A DNA stretch of 64,000 bases from Candidatus Magasanikiibacteriota bacterium (GTDB lineage: Bacteria > Patescibacteriota > Patescibacteriia > Magasanikbacterales > 2-02-FULL-50-9b), in NCBI GenBank assembly GCA_903893485.1, contig CAITMK010000014.1:2144-66143 (forward strand). Reading direction: 5' to 3'. The notes beneath the pieces were generated by a model, which made no database searches, was not told the origin of the DNA, and saw only the letters and a program-made list of their open reading frames with translations. The position numbers and the translations under genes are program-made. Below are positions 29,829 to 39,688 of this stretch, in pieces (within the stretch, counting starts at the first letter, position 1; every line of letters begins with the position of its first letter).

Positions 29829-31331
29829 TTATGCGGCGAAGAACGCGGTAAGCGCTTCTTTTAATTTAGTTTCGATAGCTGGTGTGAGCGCTTTTTCTTT
29901 TTGCAAGTCAGCAATCATATCTGAATATGATGCATCAAGATATGCGTGTAGTTTCTTTTCAGTTGCCTGCACAACTTCAACGGCGGTTTTGTCGAAGTAA
30001 CCATTGGTTACCGCGTAAATTACCGCGATCTGATGTTCCACAGAAAGTGGTTCGTATTGTGGCTGCTTTAAAATTTCAACGGTACGGCGGCCACGTTCGA
30101 TTTGGTTGCGGGTGCCTTCGTCGAGATCTGATGCAAATTGTGCAAACGCTTCAAGTTCACGGAACTGCGCTAAATCGAGGCGAAGTTTACCAGAAACTTT
30201 TTTCATGGCTTTAATTTGTGCCGCACCACCCACACGTGAAACAGACAAACCAACGTTCAAAGCTGGGCGAACACCTTTATAGAACAAATCTGATTCCAAG
30301 AAAATCTGACCATCGGTAATTGAAATTACGTTGGTTGGAATATATGCAGAAACATCATTCGCCTGAGTTTCGATAATTGGCAATGCGGTTAATGAACCAC
30401 CGCCCAATTCATCTGACAATTTTGCCGCGCGTTCCAAAAGACGTGAGTGCAAGTAAAAAATATCACCCGGGTATGCTTCACGACCTGGTGGACGACGGAG
30501 CAAAAGTGAAATTTCGCGGTATGCCCATGCGTGCTTAGATAAATCATCGTACACAACCAGCGCGTGCTGCTTGTTTTCCATGAAGTATTCACCAAGCGCG
30601 GCACCTGCAAATGGCGCAATATATGAAAGCGCAGCTGGATCTGAAGCACCAGCCACCACCACGATGGTTGATTTCATGGCACCAGATTTTTCCAAGGTTG
30701 CAACCAAACGTGCAACTTTTGATTCCTTTTGGCCAATTGCAACGTAAATTGAAATAACGCCTTGTGACTGTTGGTTGATAATGGTATCGATTGCCACCGC
30801 AGTTTTACCGGTCTGGCGATCGCCAATAATAAGTTCGCGCTGACCACGACCAATTGGGATCATGGCATCAATAGCTTTGATACCAGTTTGCACCGGTTCT
30901 ACAACCGGCTGACGCTGCAACACACCTGGAGCCACTTTTTCGATTGGATAAATCGCAGCTTCTTTAATTGGGCCCTTGCCGTCGAGTGGGCGACCAAGTG
31001 GATCAACCACGCGACCAATAAAGTTTGGGCCAACGGGAATTGAAAGAATGCGGCCGGTACGTCGTACCATGGTGCCTTCAACAATTTTTTTGTATTCACC
31101 CAAAATAATTGCACCAACAGCATCTTCTTCAAGGTTAAGTGCAACACCAAGTACTGGTTCTTCGCCAGGAGCTTCGAAAGAAAGCATTTCAGCAGATTGA
31201 CATTTGGTAAGCCCAGAAATTTTGGCAATACCATCACCTACTTCCATTACAGTACCAACTTCGGCAACTGATGGATCAAGTGACAAACCGGTAATTTGAT
31301 TTTTAAGTGCTTCCAAAACGGAATCTTTCAT
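29829..31331 (-). CDS. atpA: ATP synthase alpha
   Basis: [29 protein letters not shown]; start at 31331 or 31343. Confidence 0.99.
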   Translation of the reverse strand: MKDSVLEALKNQITGLSLDPSVAEVGTVMEVGDGIAKISGLTKCQSAEMLSFEAPGEEPVLGVALNLEEDAVGAIILGEYKKIVEGTMVRRTGRILSIPVGPNFIGRVVDPLGRPLDGKGPIKEAAIYPIEKVAPGVLQRQPVVEPVQTGIKAIDAMIPIGRGQRELIIGDRQTGKTAVAIDTIINQQSQGVISIYVAIGQKESKVARLVATLEKSGAMKSTIVVVAGASDPAALSYIAPFAGAALGEYFMENKQHALVVYDDLSKHAWAYREISLLLRRPPGREAYPGDIFYLHSRLLERAAKLSDELGGGSLTALPIIETQANDVSAYIPTNVISITDGQIFLESDLFYKGVRPALNVGLSVSRVGGAAQIKAMKKVSGKLRLDLAQFRELEAFAQFASDLDEGTRNQIERGRRTVEILKQPQYEPLSVEHQIAVIYAVTNGYFDKTAVEVVQATEKKLHAYLDASYSDMIADLQKEKALTPAIETKLKEALTAFFAA

Positions 31332-31332
31332 G

Positions 31333-31713
31333 TTAGTTTTCATAGAGTTTCTGTAAAGCTGTTTTGACGGTGCCGTCAATGATCACATCACCCACCTGGA
31401 GGCGAAGTCCGCCAATAACATGGGGATCGATGGTGTGGTCAATAACGGCCGCAGCGCCGAATGATTCTTTGAGATTTTCAATTACTGCGTGTGAAAGTGG
31501 AAACGCGCCAACGGTTTTGAGTTGAACGACGCCCGCCTGTTCGTCTGCAAGCTCCGAAAAAACACGAACAATCCGCGGCAACAAGCGCACCGCGCGGCCA
31601 CGACGAAGCGCGCCGGCAAATGCAGCGATCACTTCTGGTAATTGTTCTGGAGTTGCGCGACCAGCGGCTGAAAGCAAAATTCCTGCCCACTGGCGTGGCG
31701 ATTGACGACGCAT
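31333..31713 (-). CDS. atpH: ATP synthase delta
   Basis: [21 protein letters not shown]; position in operon. Confidence 0.9.
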   Translation of the reverse strand: MRRQSPRQWAGILLSAAGRATPEQLPEVIAAFAGALRRGRAVRLLPRIVRVFSELADEQAGVVQLKTVGAFPLSHAVIENLKESFGAAAVIDHTIDPHVIGGLRLQVGDVIIDGTVKTALQKLYEN

Positions 31714-31714
31714 A

Positions 31715-32251
31715 TTATTTCTTCTTTGCTTTTTTAAGTGTCTTTTCGGCAAGTGACGCATCTGTTTTGGCATCAATTTTGTCTTTGAGCACCAATTCAG
31801 CGGTTGAAACCACCAATGCGGTAATTTCTTTTTTCAATTGCTTTTCTGCCTCAACGCGTTCGTCAGCAATATTTTTGCGAGCGTCCGCAACTAATTTATT
31901 TACTTCCGCGCGAGCCTTTTCCAAAGTTTCGGCGCGTTTGTCTTCGGCAAGCTTATGAGCATCCTGCAAAAAAGCCGCGGCTTCGACGCGAGCAGCACCA
32001 AGTGCCGCTGCGTGCTCCTTTTCTATGTCCTTTAAGCGAACGCCAGCTGCATCTGCATTGGCAAGGCCTTCTGCGATGCGCTTTTCGCGCGCCTCAAGCA
32101 TGGCAACAATAGGCTTGTATGCCCAGCGCCAGAGCACAAATAAAATAATGAGGAAATTAACAAGCTGCGCCAAGAACACGTCGCCCTTAAGGCCAAGTGT
32201 ACCTACAACGCCGCCGGAATTTTCTGTTGACTGTTCTGTTTGTGTTGCCAT
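31715..32251 (-). CDS. atpF: ATP synthase subunit b
   Basis: AQLVNFLII..LWRWAYKPI..MLEAREKRI. Confidence 0.95.
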   Translation of the reverse strand: MATQTEQSTENSGGVVGTLGLKGDVFLAQLVNFLIILFVLWRWAYKPIVAMLEAREKRIAEGLANADAAGVRLKDIEKEHAAALGAARVEAAAFLQDAHKLAEDKRAETLEKARAEVNKLVADARKNIADERVEAEKQLKKEITALVVSTAELVLKDKIDAKTDASLAEKTLKKAKKK

Positions 32252-32279
32252 AGAAAAGGAGCTAACGGCTTCCTGAGAA

Positions 32280-32498
32280 TTAGAGAACGAACACTACAAC
32301 CAATGCGTAAATAGCGATAGCTTCTGCGAATGCTGCACCAAGTAACATTGGGACAAAAACTTTGTCACTTGCTTCTGGGTTGCGACCAATTGCTTCCATT
32401 GCTTTACCAACAATGTTACCAACTGCCCAAGCAGGAAGCATACCACCCAAAGCGATAGTAAGACCTTTTGCGAGAACTGTAATTACTGCGACGTCCAT
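32280..32498 (-). CDS. atpE: ATP synthase subunit c (H+-type)
   Basis: GRNPEA loop, FAEAIAIYALV. Confidence 0.96.
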   Translation of the reverse strand: MDVAVITVLAKGLTIALGGMLPAWAVGNIVGKAMEAIGRNPEASDKVFVPMLLGAAFAEAIAIYALVVVFVL

Positions 32499-32582
32499 AT
32501 AATTTTGTTAGATGAATGACTGTCAGCGACTCACTTTTTGTTCGACGATGTACAAAAGCGGGGCGCAATTCAGCCGATCATG

Positions 32583-33389
32583 TTAGTGGTGATCAGCGGC
32601 GTGCTCGGTGTGCTCTCCATGTGGCGGTTCCGTGGCAAGTGTAAGGAAAACCAACACCAGCATAGAAAATACCGTTGCCTGGATGAGACCCACCAAAAGC
32701 TCGAGAGCCTGAAACGGTAATGGCACAATATATGCTGCCAAAGAGATCATCACGGTCATGAGAACCTCACCGGCAAAGATATTACCAAATAAACGCAAAG
32801 AAAGCGAGACCACACGCGCAAGCTCCCCTACCATCTCGATTAAACCTACGCCAAATTGAATAACGCCAGTTAATAAACCAGTTGGCCCTTGGGTGAATGA
32901 TTTGAGCAAAGGCCCAATCTGAACAAACTTATTGGTATGACGCCAAACGCCTAAAGTGACAACGCCAAACAAGTGGGTACACACAATTGAGAATAAGCCG
33001 AGCGCCAAAGTAAGATTTAAATCTGACGTTGCAGGGCGAAGAAGTGGAACAAATTCCGTGCCCTTCCAAAAACCAATTGAACCGGTGCCCGGAAGCTGCC
33101 CGAGCCAGTTGTTAAGTAAAATGAAAAGAAAAAGCGTAAGCACCAGTGGCAAAAACTTTTTGCTGCGTGCGCGATCGTGCGTTACGTTGTCTGCTGTTTT
33201 TAAAAAGAATTCAACAATGGCTTCCATGATATTCTGAAGGCCGGTTGGTGCACCCGGTTTTGATTTGAAACGAATCCACGCTGCAACAAGTACCAAAAAA
33301 ATCGTAACGATCCATGCGTTGATCATCGAGTTGGTAATGGTAAGGCCGGCAAAATGTGCAATTGGCTCGGCAGCGAGTGGAACGTTCAT
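32583..33389 (-). CDS. atpB: ATP synthase subunit a
   Basis: SLSLRLFGNIFAGE, ELLVGLIQATVF; start adjusted to MNVPLAAEP. Confidence 0.96.
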   Translation of the reverse strand: MNVPLAAEPIAHFAGLTITNSMINAWIVTIFLVLVAAWIRFKSKPGAPTGLQNIMEAIVEFFLKTADNVTHDRARSKKFLPLVLTLFLFILLNNWLGQLPGTGSIGFWKGTEFVPLLRPATSDLNLTLALGLFSIVCTHLFGVVTLGVWRHTNKFVQIGPLLKSFTQGPTGLLTGVIQFGVGLIEMVGELARVVSLSLRLFGNIFAGEVLMTVMISLAAYIVPLPFQALELLVGLIQATVFSMLVLVFLTLATEPPHGEHTEHAADHH

Positions 33390-33676
33390 AGATTTTCTAA
33401 ATCCTGATCTGTGTAATGTTTTGTAGCGTGCGGCGTTTCGAGCGTTTTGTATTCTGCCGCGTACCAAGCTGCTTTGCGACGAATAATTAATGTGCTGATT
33501 GTTGCCGCTAACGCGAACCCGATTATTATACCAAATGGTGCAAAATGAAATTTTTCTTGGAGCCATTTGCCCGCAAGCACAAACAACACCACGGGCGCTG
33601 CAATACTTGCTCCAAAATCACCCATGATTTTGAGGCCTAACATGTATGATCGGCGATCTGAATCATTGAATGACAT
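33386..33676 (-). CDS. AtpZ/AtpI family protein
   Basis: Two-TM protein directly upstream of atpB. Confidence 0.8.
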   Translation of the reverse strand: MSFNDSDRRSYMLGLKIMGDFGASIAAPVVLFVLAGKWLQEKFHFAPFGIIIGFALAATISTLIIRRKAAWYAAEYKTLETPHATKHYTDQDLENL

Positions 33677-33734
33677 ACGGGTTCGATTGACGATGTATAT
33701 GATACAGAAAATTTTGCGCGGGGTCAAGCATTAT

Positions 33735-34580
33735 TTAAATTCCAAAAAGCAGCCGTGCATTTTGAGTAGTCTGAGCTGCGGCCTCTTCCTCCGACACGCC
33801 CCAGATCTGCGCTACGGCAGCCGCAGTAAACGCCACATACACCGGTTCATTACGCTCACCACGATGCGGCGCTGGCGTTAAAAAAGGGCAATCAGTTTCC
33901 ACCACCAAACGATCACGTGGCACCACGCGCACGGCAGCAGCGAGTGAATTTTCGGTTTCTGGCTTTTTTGGTGGAAACGTAATAATGCCTGGTACTGAAA
34001 TATACATGCCGAGCGCAACATATTTTTCTGCCTCGGCCGCGGTGCCGGTAAAACAATGCAGCACACCACGACGCGTCAATTTCCCTGCTGCAATATATTC
34101 AGTCAACACGCGCGTGACAATTTCGTGTGCATCACGGCAATGAATAATCACTGGCTTTACGAGCTCATCGCATAAATCCAAATGCAGTCGAAAAACTTTT
34201 TCCTGATCAGCCGCAACTTTTGCAGCATCCATTCCTTCGGGCACGCGATACAAATCCATTCCCGTCTCACCGATGGCAACAACTTTTGGCGACAGCGCGA
34301 GCTGCTTATAAAAATCAAAATCAAAATCTTCGTGACCATCGCCCTCGTCTTCGCTTGGATGAATATGATGAATGTTTGATGGATGTAAGCCAACCGCGGC
34401 CCATACATCAGGATGCTGCGCCGCAAACTCAACTGCCTCGCGACTTGTTTTTTGCATCGTGCCCACTGTAATCATGCCAACACCCGCCGCGCGTGCGTGG
34501 GCCAAAACATCATTGATATCATTTTTGTACGTCGCAAACGAAACGTGACTATGCGTGTCGATTAATTTAAAATTTTCCAT
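33735..34580 (-). CDS. tatD: TatD family hydrolase
   Basis: IDTHSH, GLHP, AIGETGMD, IHCRDA, LHCF, ETDCPF. Confidence 0.95.
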   Translation of the reverse strand: MENFKLIDTHSHVSFATYKNDINDVLAHARAAGVGMITVGTMQKTSREAVEFAAQHPDVWAAVGLHPSNIHHIHPSEDEGDGHEDFDFDFYKQLALSPKVVAIGETGMDLYRVPEGMDAAKVAADQEKVFRLHLDLCDELVKPVIIHCRDAHEIVTRVLTEYIAAGKLTRRGVLHCFTGTAAEAEKYVALGMYISVPGIITFPPKKPETENSLAAAVRVVPRDRLVVETDCPFLTPAPHRGERNEPVYVAFTAAAVAQIWGVSEEEAAAQTTQNARLLFGI

Positions 34581-35082
34581 ACATCACATCGCGAATCGAT
34601 TGTGGCACCAGTGGCAGCAATACTTGAGACATATTAATAAATTGCGGCGCAAGTGCAGAACCTTTTATTGCAACTGCAAATTCTGGAACTGGCAAATATT
34701 TTGCATAGTACAATGAAAGCCCAATCACCAAAACGCCTTCCGCAAAACCCAAAATTGCACCGGCCAAAGAATCGATTGAACCGATAACGGGCAAATGAAT
34801 AAGCACACCAAATGTTTTTTCAACAAACCAAAATAAAATACCAAACAAGCGCGCCGCCACCAAAAAAATCAGCAAAAAAGTAATCCACTTACCAAATGCT
34901 AAAATATTAATATGTGTTTTGTCTGCAATCCACAGCGCAATATCATTACCATAATGCGTTGCAACATACGCGCCAACAATTACCCCAATAATGGAACCAA
35001 TCGCATGAACCAATCCCATGCGAAATCCTGAAAAAATAAATCCTGCGAGCAAAACTACTAAAATGATATCAAAGAGCGCCAT
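34567..35082 (-). CDS. CvpA family protein
   Basis: DIILV...GFRMGL...DSLAGAILG. Confidence 0.88.
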   Translation of the reverse strand: MALFDIILVVLLAGFIFSGFRMGLVHAIGSIIGVIVGAYVATHYGNDIALWIADKTHINILAFGKWITFLLIFLVAARLFGILFWFVEKTFGVLIHLPVIGSIDSLAGAILGFAEGVLVIGLSLYYAKYLPVPEFAVAIKGSALAPQFINMSQVLLPLVPQSIRDVMYGKF

Positions 35083-35086
35083 ATAA

Positions 35087-36604
35087 TTAAGTTAATTGTG
35101 GGAATAATGGATCCGCCGCGAGTAACACTCCACCTGGCTGCAGCAAACCCCATTCCATAATTTTTTCGAACTGAGGTTCGTAGGATTCAAAACCAAGTTG
35201 CGCCAATATTTTTTCTGATGACGCGGGCATGAATGGCGAAATCGCAAATGCAATCTGTCGCAAACCTTCGATCAAAGTGTAGAGTGTACGATCAACATCC
35301 GCGGTGCGCCCTTCTTTGGCAGCGGTCCATGGTTTTTCTTTGTCGATGAGTTGATTTAAACTGCGCACAAAATCCCACACCACTTCGAGCGCGAGTTGGA
35401 ATTCCCATTTTTCCATGTGCTCGGCATAACGGCTCCAAAAAATTTCGTGCGTTGCTTCGGTAATCGCTGGCACCACGCCTTCACAAAATTTAATATCCAT
35501 GGCAATCGTGCGCATGACTAAATTTCCTAAATCGTTTTGCAAATCGGCGCGATAGCGTTGTTCCAATTTGGTGAAAGAAAAATCACCATCGCCACCAAAC
35601 GGCATTTCGCGAAACAAGAAAAAGCGAAACGGATCCAAACCGTATTTAGAAATAATGTCGAGCGGATTTACCACATTGCCCAAAGACTTTGACATTTTTT
35701 GACCATCCACCGTAAGCCATCCGTGCGCTACAATTTTGCCCGGAAGCGGCAACTGCGCGGACATCAGCATTGCGGGCCAGAGCAGCGCGTGGAACCGATT
35801 GATTTCCTTAGCCATCACATGCGCATTTGCTGGCCACCACTCTGTAAAAAAATCATCTTGCGCTTCATCGCCATACCCAACTGCGGTTACATAATTAGTA
35901 AGCGCGTCAAACCACACGTACATTACTTGCGAGTCATCGCCCGGCACGGGAATGCCCCATGATAATTTTTCAACGCTGCGCGAAATTGAAATGTCTTCTA
36001 AACCTTCGTCCAAAAGATGACGCATTTCTTTTTGGCGATTTTGTGGAAACACAAAATCCATGTGCTCATCAAAATGTTTTTTTAGCGCGTCAGAATATTT
36101 TGAGAGACGGAAAAAATAATTTTCTTCTGCAAGTAATTCTGGTTTTTTTAAATGAATCGGGCAACGGCCTTCGGTGTCCAAATCTTTTTCGTTGTAAAAT
36201 TGTTCGCAGCCAACGCAATACAAACCTTCGTAAGTTTTTTTGTAAATATCGCCTGCTGCCGCGGCAGCCTCCCAAAATTTTTGAGCGCCCGCAATATGGC
36301 GCGGTTCGGTGGTACGAATAAAATCCGTGTTTGAACACCCCAGCGTTGTATGTAAATCACGAAACGTTTGTGCAATGCCATCAACAAACTGTTGTGGCGT
36401 CACGCCCGCTGCATCTGCGGCGCGCGCAATTTTTTGGCCGTGCTCGTCGGTACCGGTTAAAAAATTAACTTCTTTGCCCTGCAAGCGCTGAAACCGAGCC
36501 ATAATATCTGCCGCAATAGAAGTATACGCATGGCCAATATGAGCCGATGCGTTCACATAATAAATTGGCGTCGTGAGGTAATAATGGTCGGATCGCTTTG
36601 ACAT
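35087..36604 (-). CDS. metG: Methionine--tRNA ligase
   Basis: TTPIYYVN, HIGH, GTDEHG, YVWFDAL, KMSKS; start adjusted to MSKRSD. Confidence 0.97.
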   Translation of the reverse strand: MSKRSDHYYLTTPIYYVNASAHIGHAYTSIAADIMARFQRLQGKEVNFLTGTDEHGQKIARAADAAGVTPQQFVDGIAQTFRDLHTTLGCSNTDFIRTTEPRHIAGAQKFWEAAAAAGDIYKKTYEGLYCVGCEQFYNEKDLDTEGRCPIHLKKPELLAEENYFFRLSKYSDALKKHFDEHMDFVFPQNRQKEMRHLLDEGLEDISISRSVEKLSWGIPVPGDDSQVMYVWFDALTNYVTAVGYGDEAQDDFFTEWWPANAHVMAKEINRFHALLWPAMLMSAQLPLPGKIVAHGWLTVDGQKMSKSLGNVVNPLDIISKYGLDPFRFFLFREMPFGGDGDFSFTKLEQRYRADLQNDLGNLVMRTIAMDIKFCEGVVPAITEATHEIFWSRYAEHMEKWEFQLALEVVWDFVRSLNQLIDKEKPWTAAKEGRTADVDRTLYTLIEGLRQIAFAISPFMPASSEKILAQLGFESYEPQFEKIMEWGLLQPGGVLLAADPLFPQLT

Positions 36605-36642
36605 ATGGGACCAGCTTATCAAAAAATACGCGGCCGCGCAAT

Positions 36643-36681
36643 AAAAAAATCTGTGCAAGGTCCCGAAGGTCCTTGCACAGA
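36643..36681 (-). terminator. Terminator of orphan gene
   Basis: tctgtgcaagg...ccttgcacaga with A7 (TTCG loop on the minus strand). Confidence 0.8.
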
Positions 36682-36705
36682 GTCGCTGCGACGCACGCCG
36701 AAGTT

Positions 36706-37299
36706 CTAGGCGTGCAGCACAAGCGTGGTGCCAGCCGACAGCAGATGGCCGGGCGTGCCGAATGGAGTGCGTTCCACCATAATGCCAGACCCCTTGGGCT
36801 TTGCTTCGTACACCCAACGCTCGCCTTCAGCGCTGACAAACGCCGCCAGTGGCAAATTGTTGCGCCGACGGCGACTGCAGTACCCCAAGTAGGCCAAGAA
36901 GGTCGCCTCCGTAATGGACGCGGACAGGTATGGGCCAAGCGCGTCATCTTTGCAGAGAAACGTCGGCTCCACCTGATAGCGCAGACTTGCGACGCACACC
37001 GCACCGCCCGGAAATCCACCCGTCGGAATCGATTCATCGACCCGCTCCGGATTGATTCCCCGAACCAGCATGTCGTACTCCAAAAAGTACCCGCAGGACA
37101 AATCTCGGTGCGTGAGCCAAACGCGCGCGAGAAGAATGTCCACTTCCTTCAACGCACGATTAACCTTGCCGAATGCGCCGTCTTCAGGCGCGCCCACCAC
37201 GAGGCGAGCGATGTCGGTTACGGTACGCACAATTTCGCAATAGACACCGGCGACTTGCCGCAACCCCGTTTGGGGATGAAAATTCAAAGTCTGATGCAT
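36706..37299 (-). CDS. Orphan hypothetical protein
   Basis: GAGGGGG SD, TTGACT-17-TACAAT promoter (37335-37363), own terminator. Confidence 0.7.
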   Translation of the reverse strand: MHQTLNFHPQTGLRQVAGVYCEIVRTVTDIARLVVGAPEDGAFGKVNRALKEVDILLARVWLTHRDLSCGYFLEYDMLVRGINPERVDESIPTGGFPGGAVCVASLRYQVEPTFLCKDDALGPYLSASITEATFLAYLGYCSRRRRNNLPLAAFVSAEGERWVYEAKPKGSGIMVERTPFGTPGHLLSAGTTLVLHA

Positions 37300-37366
37300 G
37301 GAAACCCCCTCGTACTGTTCAGTACGTAAAAAAGATTGTAGTTACAAAATATAAAAAAGTCAAGTA

Positions 37367-38035
37367 TTACTGCGGCGCCAAAACAATAACAAATTCGCCG
37401 CGCGTTTCTTCAGCTTTGAGCTGCGATAAAACTTCTGCGGGCGTGCCACGATATAATGTTTCGTGAATTTTGGTAAGCTCACGCGCGAGAAGCATTTGGC
37501 GAGCAGGCGCAACGCGCGCAACATCTTGCAGTGTTTTTGAAATACGATGTACTGATTCTAAAAAGACCACGGTTTCTTCGGTGGCCGCAACTTCGTCAAA
37601 AAATTTGTTGCGTTTATTTTTATGGGGCGCAAAACCCATAAAACGGAACCGGTCGGTAGGAAAACCAGAAACCGAAAGCGCAGCCGTAACGCATGACGCA
37701 CCAGGAATTGGAGAAATTTCAATTTCTGGATGTTGCGTTGCAATGGTATGCACAAAAAAATTGCCTGGATCGGAAATGCCCGGCGTACCCGCATCGGTAA
37801 CAAGCGCAGCCTCCCCTACTTTTTGCAGCGACGCCACCGCACGCTGAATTTCTTGTGGCGTGCTGTGATGATGGAGTGATGCAACCGATGGCGTCGCGCC
37901 AATATGTGCCAATAATTTGGAAGTCATGCGCGTATCTTCCGCAAAAACAAGCGGTACAGCCAATAAGACCTCACGCGCGCGGGCCGTGAGGTCTCCTAAA
38001 TTTCCAATTGGCGTTGCTACAATATACAGTTTCAC
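37367..38035 (-). CDS. rsmI: 16S rRNA C1402 2'-O-methyltransferase
   Basis: LYIVATPIGNLGD, AEDTR, DAGTPGISDPG, RELTKIHE. Confidence 0.96.
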   Translation of the reverse strand: MKLYIVATPIGNLGDLTARAREVLLAVPLVFAEDTRMTSKLLAHIGATPSVASLHHHSTPQEIQRAVASLQKVGEAALVTDAGTPGISDPGNFFVHTIATQHPEIEISPIPGASCVTAALSVSGFPTDRFRFMGFAPHKNKRNKFFDEVAATEETVVFLESVHRISKTLQDVARVAPARQMLLARELTKIHETLYRGTPAEVLSQLKAEETRGEFVIVLAPQ

Positions 38036-38036
38036 A

Positions 38037-38681
38037 CTAATCAATGTACACGGAGTTCTTAGAGAATGCAATGTCACCAAGCCAGAAATAGTTTACAATT
38101 GGAAGAACGAGCATGATACCCATCCATTTTGAGTGACCAAATCTTTCGGAAACCAACATGCCAAGCCAAATATAGTACGCAAGCAAAATAAGTGATGAAA
38201 GAGCGCTTACCATACCACCAAATGATGCAAAAATAAATACAAATTGGATAAGACCAAACCAGGCAGATTTGCCGCCAATTTTAGCAAACATAAATGGTGC
38301 TACGAATGGCAAAAAAATCGTCCAGCCATAACGAATATGTGCCTTATATGCAATTTTAATGAGCGCCCAAATTGGAAAAACAACTAAAAGTAATGTAAGT
38401 GGAATAAATACAATTGCGAAAGTTGCAAACGTAGACATCACGCGAGTTGCAATACTTGCGTAATCGTTCACCCCAAGCGCTGAGGATTGCGCATACGTTT
38501 GAACTTGGTCATTCTGTGCTTGCAAACCTAAATCGCCCTGTACCGGAGCAGTGTTTGCCGCAGCTGCCTGACCCTGCAAACCAAGATCAGCTTGAGCGGG
38601 CGCAGTTTGAGCAAATGCAAATGCAGGAGCAGCGGTTACCGCGAGCATTGCACCGCCAATTACTAAATTTCGAAAACGCAT
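38037..38681 (-). CDS. Signal peptide plus DUF5684-like membrane protein
   Basis: WALIKIAYKA...GWTIFLPF...GKSAW...FGHSKWMG; short tandem repeat APxQxDLGLQ. Confidence 0.7.
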   Translation of the reverse strand: MRFRNLVIGGAMLAVTAAPAFAFAQTAPAQADLGLQGQAAAANTAPVQGDLGLQAQNDQVQTYAQSSALGVNDYASIATRVMSTFATFAIVFIPLTLLLVVFPIWALIKIAYKAHIRYGWTIFLPFVAPFMFAKIGGKSAWFGLIQFVFIFASFGGMVSALSSLILLAYYIWLGMLVSERFGHSKWMGIMLVLPIVNYFWLGDIAFSKNSVYID

Positions 38682-38735
38682 AAAATTTTGTAAGTTTAAA
38701 TTAAGCAGTAACAGTATATCACAAAAATCTACCCA

Positions 38736-38972
38736 TTATGGGTAGATTTGATTTCCCTCTTCGTCGATAAGGGTGATCGCAAGCGTTGGACAGCTTTGCG
38801 CACCAAGCAAAATCGTGTCGTAATCGTCAGTCCATGGTTCAATAACCACTGCTTTGTTTTCATCGTCCATATAAAAGGTACGGCCCGCAACAGCCACACA
38901 CGATGCGGCACCAATGCAAGCTTCACGATCAACAATTACTTTTGCAATTTTCTTTTTTGGTGTTTCTTCCAT
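38736..38972 (-). CDS. Ferredoxin (3Fe-4S type)
   Basis: CIGAASC...CP motif. Confidence 0.9.
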   Translation of the reverse strand: MEETPKKKIAKVIVDREACIGAASCVAVAGRTFYMDDENKAVVIEPWTDDYDTILLGAQSCPTLAITLIDEEGNQIYP

Positions 38973-38992
38973 ATAACTTCATTATATCACAA

Positions 38993-39679
38993 TTAAGCGC
39001 CAAAATATTTTTCTTTATAAAAGCGAATCAACTGTTCAATTTCCGGAATTGCGGCCGGATCGCCCACGCCAACTTTCAATTTTTTCTGCATGTCTTCGAG
39101 GTTCAGTGCGCCTTCCAAAACGGCTTCTTCAATATCTTTGTCGGTAATATTCATGCGTGCGTCAATCACACGTGCGCCTTCAACTTCTACGCGATCATGT
39201 TTACCAACCGCGTGGAAATAATTATTTACCGCTTTGCGGAATGCTTTGTCAGCGAGCACCGAACAATGAATTTTACGATTTGGCAAACCACCAAGGCGTT
39301 CCATAATATCTTGCGGTTTAATTTTAAGCGCATCGGTAAGCGTGAGACCGTCATTTTCGGTAACCATGACACTAAACATTGAGGTCGCCGCAATGGCACT
39401 ACCACAACCAAAAGTTTTCCATTTCAAATCAACGACGCGTTCAGTTGCAGGATCAACTTTAATCCAAATATCCATTACGTCGCCGCATGCAGGCGAACCA
39501 ACCGTACCGCGCGCATCAAATTGATCTGGCGCTGGTTCTTCCAAAAGCAAATTTTTTGGATGAAAAAAATGTTCCTTCACAATTGGTGAATACGCCCACT
39601 TTTGTTTGGTGTGCGGGTTAACGACATCAGCCGTTTGCATGTCGGAGGTTGTGAGTGGTTTTGCGTTTGTATCTTCCAT
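38993..39679 (-). CDS. iscU: IscU/NifU-type Fe-S scaffold with C-terminal BFD-like extension
   Basis: GSPACGD, FGCGSAIA, KIHCSVLA. Confidence 0.9.
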   Translation of the reverse strand: MEDTNAKPLTTSDMQTADVVNPHTKQKWAYSPIVKEHFFHPKNLLLEEPAPDQFDARGTVGSPACGDVMDIWIKVDPATERVVDLKWKTFGCGSAIAATSMFSVMVTENDGLTLTDALKIKPQDIMERLGGLPNRKIHCSVLADKAFRKAVNNYFHAVGKHDRVEVEGARVIDARMNITDKDIEEAVLEGALNLEDMQKKLKVGVGDPAAIPEIEQLIRFYKEKYFGA

Positions 39680-39688
39680 ATAATTATT

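Noticed and set aside
32280-32498. Na+-translocating ATP synthase
   Set aside because: Subunit c lacks the Gln and Ser/Thr of the Na+ motif (has EAIAIY), so it is H+-type.
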